Assembly: GCA_021162815.1 (NCBI GenBank)
Contig: JAGGXW010000003.1
Span: 3,542-67,541, forward strand
Length of the DNA stretch: 64,000 nt
Direction: 5' to 3'
Source of the DNA: Thermoplasmata archaeon
GTDB taxonomy: Archaea > Thermoplasmatota > E2 > UBA202 > JdFR-43
Part shown: positions 55,521 to 64,000 of the stretch, piece by piece
Position numbering within the stretch: position 1 is the first letter of the stretch
Layout of the letters: each line of letters begins with the position of its first letter
Translations under genes and position numbers: made by a program
Notes under the pieces: model-generated
Databases searched by the model: none
What the model was told of the DNA's origin: nothing
What the model saw: the letters and a program-made list of their open reading frames with translations, nothing else

Positions 55521-57149
55521 TTATTTATTTTTCTGGTAAAACTTTATTTCCCTGCATCTGTTTAGGGCGGCAATAACCTCATATTTTCTTGGTTCTGCAT
55601 ATATGCCTTTAGGAGGAAGTAAGGAAAGAAATCCCTTCTGTTCCATTTCATTGACGACATCTCTCATCAATCCATTTTTCTTCAGCACAAGCTTTATTAT
55701 CTCTCCTATCGCATTTGATTGATAAGATTCTGCAATCTGCTCCACTTTCGATACATCTATTCTCCATCTTCCTATTCTTATCTCCTTCATACTTCCCTTA
55801 ACCTTTTCATTTGCCTCAACTCTTCCACTTGCCATTCTGTATGAAATGTTGAACTCTCTCGGCTCTTCTCTTATCCTATTGCTCTTTATTCTTTCAGCAA
55901 CTCTTTTTGCATCACTGCTCACATCTCTGGCCACATAGGAATCCATCATTATGACGCTGTCTGCAACATCAAAATATTCTCCAATTCCCCCGGCAACCAT
56001 TATTATTGAAACGCCAGTTTTTTTAAGCACTGGAATCATGTCTATAAACGGAGTTATGGGCTCCTTTTCTTTTGGAACGAGCTCCTGCATCTTTCTATCT
56101 CTTATCATTAGATTTGTGGCAGATGTGTCCTCATCAATCAGAAGCAATTTTGAACACGCTTCTACTGCCTCTGCTATGGCGGCGGCCTGCGAGGTGCTTC
56201 CCGATGCATTGGATGTGGTGAATTTTGATGTATCCTCTCCGTTTGGAAGGTGAGAGATGAAAGAGGAGATATTCACATTTCCTACAGTCCTTCCATCCTC
56301 TGCCCTTATTTTTACAGCATCTCTCCTTGTTATGACAAACTCTCTTCCATCATCGGGTATGTGGTTATACACTCCAGCGGATATTGCATCAAGCAGGGTT
56401 GATTTTCCGTGATATGCCCCTCCTACAATGAGAGTCATGCCTTCCTTTATCCCCATTCCCTCGTGCTTTCCATTGGGTGCATCAAATTCAACAAACATTG
56501 TTTCAGGAGATATGAAAGGCACTGCATTTTTCAACGGTTTCTCGCTTATGCCACTCTCCCTTGGAAGAATGGAGCCATTTTTAATGAACGAGACAATTCC
56601 CATTTTTTTCATCTTTTCTCTTATGAATTCTGCATCCTCATAGGTTGATACATGTTTTCTCACGATTTCATAGTCCTTATTGTCATAAACCATGGATTTC
56701 ATGGCTGCGGGAATGTCATTGAAAAAGATTCTAATGGCATTTTTTGAGATTATTCTCCTCCCATGAGCAGGGAGAGACACAAAGAATCTTATGATCAGCT
56801 CGTTTCCATGCAACTCCACAGAACTTCTTTTCAAAATTTTCTGGGAAGGTTTTATTATTTCAATATATCCTCTTTCTCTATTTCTTGGAGAGACAGTGAA
56901 CTCAAAAAATCTTCTGTTTATGTAGTCCTCAAATGCTACTTTCCTTATCCCTTCATAGAACTCTGCAGGATATGAAAGCCTGTCCATACTTACTGTTATG
57001 CTTACAGAGGAGGGAGGGGCAAACGGGTCAGGCTGGACATGATGAATGGTAAGCAAAAAATCTCCAAAATTGTATTTTCCTTCTATGCTTTTATATGCCT
57101 TGTATCCTCTGCCATCTATGCTCTTTAATTTTTTTATTAATTCGTTCAT
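55521..57149 (-). CDS. Predicted ATPase of the ABC class (COG3044-like)
   Basis: Walker A GGAYHGKSTLLDAI and Walker B LLLIDEDTSATN in the C-terminal half of a 542-aa soluble protein. Confidence 0.7.
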   Translation of the reverse strand: MNELIKKLKSIDGRGYKAYKSIEGKYNFGDFLLTIHHVQPDPFAPPSSVSITVSMDRLSYPAEFYEGIRKVAFEDYINRRFFEFTVSPRNRERGYIEIIKPSQKILKRSSVELHGNELIIRFFVSLPAHGRRIISKNAIRIFFNDIPAAMKSMVYDNKDYEIVRKHVSTYEDAEFIREKMKKMGIVSFIKNGSILPRESGISEKPLKNAVPFISPETMFVEFDAPNGKHEGMGIKEGMTLIVGGAYHGKSTLLDAISAGVYNHIPDDGREFVITRRDAVKIRAEDGRTVGNVNISSFISHLPNGEDTSKFTTSNASGSTSQAAAIAEAVEACSKLLLIDEDTSATNLMIRDRKMQELVPKEKEPITPFIDMIPVLKKTGVSIIMVAGGIGEYFDVADSVIMMDSYVARDVSSDAKRVAERIKSNRIREEPREFNISYRMASGRVEANEKVKGSMKEIRIGRWRIDVSKVEQIAESYQSNAIGEIIKLVLKKNGLMRDVVNEMEQKGFLSLLPPKGIYAEPRKYEVIAALNRCREIKFYQKNK

Positions 57150-57204
57150 TTTTCGTTTAATCGGCCGTGGTTTTAAAATGGTTTGGTAAGAAAGATTTTA
57201 TTGC

Positions 57205-57600
57205 ATGGTGCATTTAACAAATGTGAAAATAAGGGGTATAGAAAGGGAATGCCTTGATACCATAAAGGAAGGGGCAAAGTCGGTTCATCCAAGGGAGTTC
57301 ATAGCTTTGCTGTCTGTGGGGGATGATAAAAGCATAATATCTGAAATTGTTATGTTGCCACAAATGATGTCAGGAAAAAGGCATGCCACATTCAACATCT
57401 ACATGGCCCCCATAGATTTTTCAATTGTTGGCACCGTGCATTCTCATCCTTCTGGCAATCCAACACCATCAGATGAAGATTTGATATCCTTCAGCAAGAA
57501 TGGAATTGTTCATATAATAATTGGATATCCCTATGAGGATGATACATGGAGGGCCTATGATTATAACGGTAAGGAAATAGAGCTTGAGGTGATTGATTGA
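57205..57600 (+). CDS. JAMM/MPN+ metalloprotease
   Basis: JAMM motif HSHPSGNPTPSDED (H-x-H-x7-S-x2-D) with an upstream Glu. Confidence 0.75.
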   Translation: MVHLTNVKIRGIERECLDTIKEGAKSVHPREFIALLSVGDDKSIISEIVMLPQMMSGKRHATFNIYMAPIDFSIVGTVHSHPSGNPTPSDEDLISFSKNGIVHIIIGYPYEDDTWRAYDYNGKEIELEVID

Positions 57601-58694
57601 TGGATGAAATTAAAAAAGAGATTGAAGATGCTTTTAAAGAGGACTTACAATTTTCATCAGGAAGAATTTTAGGTTCGATGTGTACATCTCCTCATCCATA
57701 TGCAAAAGAGGCGTATATAAAATTCATTGAATCCAATCTCGGTGATCCGGAGCTGTTTAGGGGGAGTAAAAGGCTTGAGGAAAGAGCCATAAATTTTGTT
57801 GCAAAAATGCTTCATGCTCCAGATGGCTATGCAGGCATAATGACCTCTGGCGGGACGGAGAGCAACATAACTGCCATGTGGATATGCAGGGAGCTTATGA
57901 AAACAAAAAAAGCAATAGTGCCAAAGCATGCCCATTTCTCATTTGAAAAGGCCCTATCCATGCTGGGGATGAAAGCAGTTGTGGCAGATGGGAAGTACAG
58001 GATTACTCTGAAGGATGTGAAGCATGCTTATACGGGCAATGAAAAATGTGTTGTGGCAATAGCAGGGAACACCACATTTGGCTATATAGATGAAATAGAT
58101 GCCATATCTGACTTCTGCAGAGATGAGCATCTCTTCCTGCATGTTGACGCTGCATTCGGAGGCTTTGTTATACCCTTCCTCGATAACATGCCAGCCTTTG
58201 ATTTCCTGAATGATGGAGTGAGCAGCATTGCTGTGGATGCACATAAAATGGGAATGTCAGTGATACCATCTGGCTTTTTAATAATGCGCGAAAACTGGTT
58301 CGAAAAAATAAAGGTGAGGAGCAGATGCACTCACACAAGATACCAGTTCACCATGCTCGGTACCCGCCCTGGCGCTGCCGCTGCCGCATCCTTTGCCGTG
58401 ATGCATCATCTTGGAAAAGAAGGCTATAGAAAGGTTGTGAGGGCGTGCATGGATGTTACAGAGCATCTGGTCAGATTGCTTGAGAAGAATGATATCGAAT
58501 ATGTCAAGCCAGTGCTGAATGTCGTGGCCATTAAGGTGGAAGATGCTATTGAGGTTGCGGAGAAGTTGAAAAAAATGGGATGGATGGTTGGATATGACGA
58601 GGATAATGGGGTTATAAGAATCGTTGTGATGCCGCACGTCAAGAAAAAATTTATAGATGCTTTTGTTGAGGATTTGAAAAAGGTGGTGCAATGA
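57597..58694 (+). CDS. mfnA: PLP-dependent L-tyrosine/L-aspartate decarboxylase (MfnA family)
   Basis: Group II decarboxylase pattern with the PLP-lysine region SIAVDAHKMG. ATGA overlap. Confidence 0.8.
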   Translation: MMDEIKKEIEDAFKEDLQFSSGRILGSMCTSPHPYAKEAYIKFIESNLGDPELFRGSKRLEERAINFVAKMLHAPDGYAGIMTSGGTESNITAMWICRELMKTKKAIVPKHAHFSFEKALSMLGMKAVVADGKYRITLKDVKHAYTGNEKCVVAIAGNTTFGYIDEIDAISDFCRDEHLFLHVDAAFGGFVIPFLDNMPAFDFLNDGVSSIAVDAHKMGMSVIPSGFLIMRENWFEKIKVRSRCTHTRYQFTMLGTRPGAAAAASFAVMHHLGKEGYRKVVRACMDVTEHLVRLLEKNDIEYVKPVLNVVAIKVEDAIEVAEKLKKMGWMVGYDEDNGVIRIVVMPHVKKKFIDAFVEDLKKVVQ

Positions 58695-59236
58695 AGGTTG
58701 AGGAATGGATGAAAAAATCGCCCGTGGTGGATAAGAACGGATACAGATATGTTATACATCCCATCACCGATGGCATTCCGTATATAGAGCCGGAGATGCT
58801 TGAGGAGGTTGTTGAATGGATTGAGAAGGAAATGCCGGAATGCGAGCTTATTGTAACTATGGAGGCAATGGGCATCCCAATTGCAACAGCCCTTTCATTA
58901 AAGACAGGAATACCATTCAACATAATAAGGAAGAGAAAGTATGGGCTGGAGGGTGAGATTGAGGTTCTGCAGAAAACGGGTTATTCAGAAAAGAAGCTAT
59001 ACATCAATGGAATAGAAAAGGGGAGCAAAATCATTATCGTGGATGATGTCGTTAGTACAGGAGGGACATTAAAGGCTGTTGTTAATGCCTTGAAAAAGAT
59101 AGCTGATATAAGAGGAATATTCATAGCGGTGGGAAAGGGAGAGAGGGAAAAACTGGAGGAAGAAATTGGAATGAAAATCAGAACATATGTGGACATAGTG
59201 GTGGATGATGAGATTAAAATATTACGAAGTGAGTGA
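58691..59236 (+). CDS. Phosphoribosyltransferase-family protein (purine PRTase-like)
   Basis: PRPP-binding motif IIIVDDVVSTGGT. Confidence 0.7.
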   Translation: MKVEEWMKKSPVVDKNGYRYVIHPITDGIPYIEPEMLEEVVEWIEKEMPECELIVTMEAMGIPIATALSLKTGIPFNIIRKRKYGLEGEIEVLQKTGYSEKKLYINGIEKGSKIIIVDDVVSTGGTLKAVVNALKKIADIRGIFIAVGKGEREKLEEEIGMKIRTYVDIVVDDEIKILRSE

Positions 59237-60188
59237 GGAGGAGATTCTTAAAGCCGTAGAGGGGAGAAAAAGAATTTTGCTGAGAATGCCGGAGGGGCTG
59301 ATGTCCTATTCATCTAAAATTGCAAGCTTTTTGAAAGAAAATGGTGTTGAAGCAATCATAAATGCAGATGGATGTTTTGGAGCATGTGATTTCGTTGCCC
59401 CGCCGTCACTTCCAACATTATGCATAGGAGAGGCGGAGATGCCATATCTCAAAAAAACTTACAGAAATGTTGAATTCATTGAGGCAAGGTATCCTTTTGA
59501 TTGCTCCTTCATTGAGGAGCGTGCGGAAGAATTGCCGGAGAAACTTGGTATTGCAAGCATTACACCCTTCATTCAGGGCATTGATGAATGCAGGAGAATA
59601 CTGGAAAGGAATGGAAAGGAGGTTTTTATTGGAAAAAAGAGCAGGAGAACAAAATATGATGGTCAGTTGTTGGGATGCGATTTCTCATCTGCAATGCAGA
59701 TTTCCGGCCATGTGGATGCCTTTCTTTATATAGGGGATGGTATCTTTCATCCTCTTGGCCTGGCTATTTCCACAGGGAAGAAGGTCTATGTTGCTGATCC
59801 CATTGAAAGGAAGGTGGATTCTTCTGCCATCTCTGATGAGGTTAACAGAGTGATGAAAAAGAGATATGCTGTAATTAGCAGAGCCATGGGGAGAAAAACT
59901 GCGGGAATAATACTCTCCAGCAAAATCGGGCAGCGCCGCCCGCTGCTGGCAAGGGAGATGATAAAGCTTGCGGAAAAGGCGGGCATTGATGCGCATATGA
60001 TAGAAATGAACAATGTTAATGAAACCATAGATTACCTTCCATTTGACTTTTATGTTTCCACAGCATGCCCGAGAGTGGCGATAGATGATGCAACAAAATT
60101 CAGAAAACCTGTCCTCACGCCGATAGAATTTGAAATAATTGTGGGGGAAAGAGAATGGGAGAGTTACGAATTTGACCAGATTTTATAG
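59205..60188 (+). CDS. dph2: 2-(3-amino-3-carboxypropyl)histidine synthase Dph2 (diphthamide biosynthesis)
   Basis: Three-domain pattern with conserved Cys (DGCFGACD and two further domain Cys). The length is typical of archaeal Dph2. Confidence 0.85.
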   Translation: MMRLKYYEVSEEEILKAVEGRKRILLRMPEGLMSYSSKIASFLKENGVEAIINADGCFGACDFVAPPSLPTLCIGEAEMPYLKKTYRNVEFIEARYPFDCSFIEERAEELPEKLGIASITPFIQGIDECRRILERNGKEVFIGKKSRRTKYDGQLLGCDFSSAMQISGHVDAFLYIGDGIFHPLGLAISTGKKVYVADPIERKVDSSAISDEVNRVMKKRYAVISRAMGRKTAGIILSSKIGQRRPLLAREMIKLAEKAGIDAHMIEMNNVNETIDYLPFDFYVSTACPRVAIDDATKFRKPVLTPIEFEIIVGEREWESYEFDQIL

Positions 60189-62348
60189 GTTGAGACAGAG
60201 TATTTTTTCAATATTGTATGATGCTGAATTTCCAGCATTGTCGTATGCTGTAACGTTCAATGAATGCACTCCCAGGTCAGGATTCCATGTCCATGTGTAT
60301 GGCTTTTCATACATGTGATACATGTCCTTTCCGTCTGATGAAATTATTATCTGCTGCACTCCCGAATGAGCATCGCCTGCCTCTATTCCAACCGTTATCC
60401 TGCCTATCACCACTGCATCATATGGCAGCCCTATCAATGGAAGGGGAGGTATTATCTCTCTGCCAAATATGTTGATGTAGATATATCCTTTCATCGGTTT
60501 GTATATATTCACTGCAGGCGGTGTCTTATCAATTGTGAAGTTTGAGGTTATTCCTGTGCCAACATTACCAGCATCATCTATTGCAACAACCTTTATCCTA
60601 TATGTCCCATCGTCCCAGTCCTTTGCATTCACAGGCTGATTTCCATCATTGTTTGTTTTATTGACTATATTCTTCCATTCTCCATTTCCGTTGTACTCAA
60701 AATAAATGTATATGCTCCCATCCAGGTTTTCGTCAATATCATCGGCTGCTTCCCATGCTATGTCTATTATTATGTTTCCATTGCTATCCTTTCCGAAGGC
60801 TTCACCTCCTTTCGGAAATGTTACCGTTACCACCGGAGGGAGATTATCAAGAGTGAACATGGGTGATGTTCCTGTGCCAACATTACCAGCATCATCTATT
60901 GCAACAATCTTTATTAACGCCTTGGCAGAGTCGGTAAATGGATATGTATTCCAGCTGTAATTGCCCGTGTTATTCAGGCCCTCCTTAACAAGCACCCATG
61001 TTGTGCCATTATCTGAGGAATAGTATATTGAGATGTTTCCACTCAGATTTTCATCAATGTTATCTGATGCATTGTATATTATATAACACAATTTTTTGAC
61101 AAATCCGCCATCAGGCTTTATCACATTTATCTCCGGTGGAGATGTATCTTTCTTAAGGCTTATATTTTCAATTGCAACATTCCCTGCCATATCAACTGCC
61201 TTAAAATATATCTCATGTATTCCATCTGGCACTATGGGATAGCCCTCATATGGATACCATGCATCATCATCTATTCTGTAATACAATTCATCGAGATAAT
61301 CATCTGTTGCGGATAGAGTTATTTCCACATTGCTCACATACCACCCATTCTTTCCATCTGGGGAAGAAGGAGACAGTGAATAATGTATGGCAGGGGGAGT
61401 TGAATCTTTTTTGACAGTGCAGTTTTGAATTTCTCCTCTATTTCCTTTTTCATCAATTCCATAGAAGTATATTACATGAATGCCATCATCTGTTATGTTA
61501 AAGCTTCCATCATATATGCTCCAGTTATTCATGTCAAAGGAATAGTAAATGGTGGCATTCTCATCAGCATTTAATGTTACGGATACATTGCTTATGAACC
61601 ATCCATTCTCCCCTGCAGTTCCATTAAAGGAGCAGGTTATTGAGGGTGGAAAGATGTCGTAAGGGGAAATTAAAGGATACTCATCCTTATTTCCGTTTCC
61701 AGGTATGGAATAATTTTCATCTCCTATTCCATCTCCATTGCTATCGTTGCCGGAATAATCACTCCAGTAATTTCCCTCTCCATTGTCATACCATGTATTT
61801 ATTCCGGCATCAAAAGCACTGTTGGTGTTATTTATGAAATTGTTGTGATATATTTTATTTCCATCTCCCTGGCTGTATATTCCATAGTTGTTGCTATAGA
61901 ATCCATTCTGAAATATTATGTTATTCCCTCCATTTAATTCAATTCCCATATTGGCACCGTTTATTATATTGTGGCATATTGTACAGTAACTTCCGTTCAA
62001 TACTATACCGCTGCTTGATATAATGCAGTCTCTTACAATGCTATTATTTTTTTCTATCACCACGCCCTCAACAGAAAGATTAACAAGGGTAACATTTGTT
62101 GCATTTATTCTTATAATTCCCTTTATCACACTGCTTCCTTTATCTCCCACTATGCTTATGCTCTTGTTTATCCATAGATTTTCGTTGTGAGTGCCATGAA
62201 CATATATGGTATCGCCATTTCCAGCGGCATTTATAACAGCCTGTACGCTCTCTCCGTCATCCACATTGAAATTTATTGCAATGGTGTAAATACCTGCCAT
62301 TAATACAATCACAGTAAGTAATACAGCCTTCCTCATTTTTTCACGCAA
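60183..62348 (-). CDS. Secreted protein with right-handed parallel beta-helix (NosD/PbH1-like) followed by four or more tandem Ig-like domains
   Basis: Signal peptide. PbH1-like repeats (NNSIVRDCIISSSGIVLNGSYCTICHNIINGANMGIELNGGNNII). Four ~100-aa repeats each begin D-x-T/S-PP and end AIDDAGN/AYDNAGN. The last repeat equals the shared C-terminal domain of the other two family members. Confidence 0.7.
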   Translation of the reverse strand: MREKMRKAVLLTVIVLMAGIYTIAINFNVDDGESVQAVINAAGNGDTIYVHGTHNENLWINKSISIVGDKGSSVIKGIIRINATNVTLVNLSVEGVVIEKNNSIVRDCIISSSGIVLNGSYCTICHNIINGANMGIELNGGNNIIFQNGFYSNNYGIYSQGDGNKIYHNNFINNTNSAFDAGINTWYDNGEGNYWSDYSGNDSNGDGIGDENYSIPGNGNKDEYPLISPYDIFPPSITCSFNGTAGENGWFISNVSVTLNADENATIYYSFDMNNWSIYDGSFNITDDGIHVIYFYGIDEKGNRGEIQNCTVKKDSTPPAIHYSLSPSSPDGKNGWYVSNVEITLSATDDYLDELYYRIDDDAWYPYEGYPIVPDGIHEIYFKAVDMAGNVAIENISLKKDTSPPEINVIKPDGGFVKKLCYIIYNASDNIDENLSGNISIYYSSDNGTTWVLVKEGLNNTGNYSWNTYPFTDSAKALIKIVAIDDAGNVGTGTSPMFTLDNLPPVVTVTFPKGGEAFGKDSNGNIIIDIAWEAADDIDENLDGSIYIYFEYNGNGEWKNIVNKTNNDGNQPVNAKDWDDGTYRIKVVAIDDAGNVGTGITSNFTIDKTPPAVNIYKPMKGYIYINIFGREIIPPLPLIGLPYDAVVIGRITVGIEAGDAHSGVQQIIISSDGKDMYHMYEKPYTWTWNPDLGVHSLNVTAYDNAGNSASYNIEKILCLNL

Positions 62349-62387
62349 CTTAAATATTTCCTCATTTAAAATATTTTCCTGAATTGT

Positions 62388-63857
62388 TCATCTGAATGCA
62401 TATACCTCTCTGTATATTGGAGAGGAGATTATCTCATCCTTCTTTTCCCTGAATTTTATTACCCTTTCCTTTGCTTCCCTTGATTTTTCCTGCAATTCCT
62501 TCTCTTTTTCTCCTTTAACTCTGTGTATTTTGAGGAACCTATCTCTGTGAATATCTGGAAATACATTATACGTGCAGAATGGTATGATTCTTCTGCCTGC
62601 TGCATAATGGATGCTGCATCTCTGCACTCGATTAACATCATAATTGTAGTAATCCTGAAAATGCATCATTCCAAAGAACAGGAAGTAGTTATGGAACATT
62701 CCGAGAGACTTATAATCACCCTTCTCAAAAATTGCATCAAGTATTGCAGAGAGTTTATTTCCATTTGGCAACTCATCCTGAATTATGTATGTGCCGAGTT
62801 TTTTGGCCAGCGCCTTTCTTATTCCTCCATGAACTATTGCTCCTGGAATCAGTTTTGCTCCAAATACAGCCTTTTTAAGCTTGCTTCCGTGCATCTCATC
62901 TATCTCCTTTAGAAATCTATCAACATCAATAAATTCTGTTATTGGAATTAGTTTCTTCCTTTCTCTGTCCACATATGCATATGTCGCTATGCCGCACTTC
63001 TCATTGTTATAAAAATGAACATGCGGCTCATTTCCTATCACATCTGCCAGCGAAGCCACAGCAGGCACAGGGTACCAGGCTTCCATTCCAACTCCAAAAT
63101 GCTTCTTCATCTCATCTACTATGTCTGATTGCACTACCCTGAGTTTATCCCTATCTCCCTTCTTTATGTATCCAACAAGTGAGATGGGCTGAAAGTTTAC
63201 ACCTTTTATACCCTTATCCACATTATGCATTGCGAATCTTGCTATGTCTGGTGTTTCATGCAGATTGAGCTGACTAACCGTCGGCACTAAGACAATACTC
63301 CTTACTCCTCCTTCTCTATAAGCCTCAAGGGCAAAAGGAATTTCATAATGATTTTTTATATTACTCTTTGCATCTGCAGTCAATCCATCAAAGCTTGTGT
63401 ATATTGTATTAAGCCCTGCCTCTTTCCACTTCTTAACCTTTTCCACGGTTTTTTCTTTATTCTCGTAATAATCTATGCCCAGCGAGACGGAATTTGTATT
63501 CAGTTGGACATGCGGGGAGCCCATATCCTTTATCATTTTTATTATTACATCAAGGTCATCTCTTAGTGATGGCTCTCCTCCCGTAAGCTGCACTGGAGGA
63601 GTGTAACCGTTCATTTTCTTCGCAACTTCAAGCTCTTCTCTTATCTCCTCTATGCTTGGCTCATACACAAATCCTGCCTTTTCTTCATAAAAAAAGCAGT
63701 ACCAGCATCTCAAATCGCATCTGTTTGTGAGAACTATGTTTAGAAGGGCTGTTGTGTTCTTGTGCTCATTGCACAATCCGCAGCTTGCAATATCTCTCTT
63801 ATGCTTTATGTTTGTATTTATCTTTGCAACAAATTCTTCTGTAGCCTTGAATTTCAT
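62388..63857 (-). CDS. Radical SAM protein with N-terminal CxxC and long C-terminal extension (MJ0619/Tes-like, putative). The reading frame stays open to the window end.
   Basis: CDLRCWYCF (Cx3Cx2C) preceded by SCGLC. About 300 aa follow the rSAM core with further Cys (EKCGIATY, RCSIHYAAGRRIIPFCTY). No stop in this frame between 63858 and 64000, so the true N-terminus may lie beyond the window. Confidence 0.55.
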   Translation of the reverse strand: MKFKATEEFVAKINTNIKHKRDIASCGLCNEHKNTTALLNIVLTNRCDLRCWYCFFYEEKAGFVYEPSIEEIREELEVAKKMNGYTPPVQLTGGEPSLRDDLDVIIKMIKDMGSPHVQLNTNSVSLGIDYYENKEKTVEKVKKWKEAGLNTIYTSFDGLTADAKSNIKNHYEIPFALEAYREGGVRSIVLVPTVSQLNLHETPDIARFAMHNVDKGIKGVNFQPISLVGYIKKGDRDKLRVVQSDIVDEMKKHFGVGMEAWYPVPAVASLADVIGNEPHVHFYNNEKCGIATYAYVDRERKKLIPITEFIDVDRFLKEIDEMHGSKLKKAVFGAKLIPGAIVHGGIRKALAKKLGTYIIQDELPNGNKLSAILDAIFEKGDYKSLGMFHNYFLFFGMMHFQDYYNYDVNRVQRCSIHYAAGRRIIPFCTYNVFPDIHRDRFLKIHRVKGEKEKELQEKSREAKERVIKFREKKDEIISSPIYREVYAFR

Positions 63858-64000
63858 TATTTTATCCCAGTATTCTTTTGTTCCGATCCTCTCTATTGTT
63901 CCATTTTTTTTCAGAAGATATACGGTGCCATCTTTTTCAATATATGCAGCATCTATGGTTTCCGGTATTCTTCCGTTTCCGATAGTATTTTCATCAACAC

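Noticed and set aside
1-64000. Search for CRISPR arrays, IS elements or transposases, integrases and rRNA genes
   Set aside because: No regularly spaced direct repeats, no DDE or tyrosine-recombinase-like ORFs and no rRNA-like sequence were seen anywhere in the window.

Overview
This is a chromosomal segment from an AT-rich archaeon with AGA/AGG arginine codons, compact overlapping genes and probably leaderless transcripts. Gene content suggests a Thermoplasmata-related or similar anaerobic, peptide-fermenting, sulfur-reducing euryarchaeon; that placement is inference only. I can support about 70 protein genes, one tRNA, one ribosomal protein gene missing from the ORF track, and one frameshifted methyltransferase remnant. 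I found no CRISPR array, transposase or rRNA.

Housekeeping genes include UDP-glucose dehydrogenase, archaeosine synthase, aIF5B, XPD, PurB, SRP54, the S4e-L5-S14 ribosomal trio, ThiDN, the FtcD/Fhs folate C1 module, Dph2, MfnA, DnaG and CobO.

Five accessory blocks stand out:
1. A tightly coupled ten-gene operon (8999..14427) has no assigned function. It encodes an RHH regulator, two tandem Gly/Tyr/Trp-rich micro-proteins, a NifX-like protein with a coiled-coil tail, a Gly/Arg-rich zinc-ribbon peptide, two MinD/ParA ATPases carrying inserted 2x[4Fe-4S] domains, an LEA14-like membrane protein, a CDF metal transporter fused to a second NifX-like domain, and a SAM methyltransferase.
2. A 13-gene Mrp-Mbh-type membrane complex (14905..24038) has a NuoD-like large subunit that keeps the N-terminal CxxC but lacks the C-terminal [NiFe] ligand pair. 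It is therefore Mbx/Mbs-like rather than a hydrogenase. An Lrp-family regulator sits divergently upstream.
3. Three radical-SAM genes (one SPASM-type, two B12-binding) are co-oriented with a winged-helix regulator and divergent from a LuxE-like adenylating enzyme plus transglutaminase-like protein pair.
4. An O6-alkylguanine alkyltransferase-endonuclease V fusion, with a PCYR active-site variant, is flanked by paralogous RHH genes.
5. A family of secreted proteins shares an Ig-like domain.
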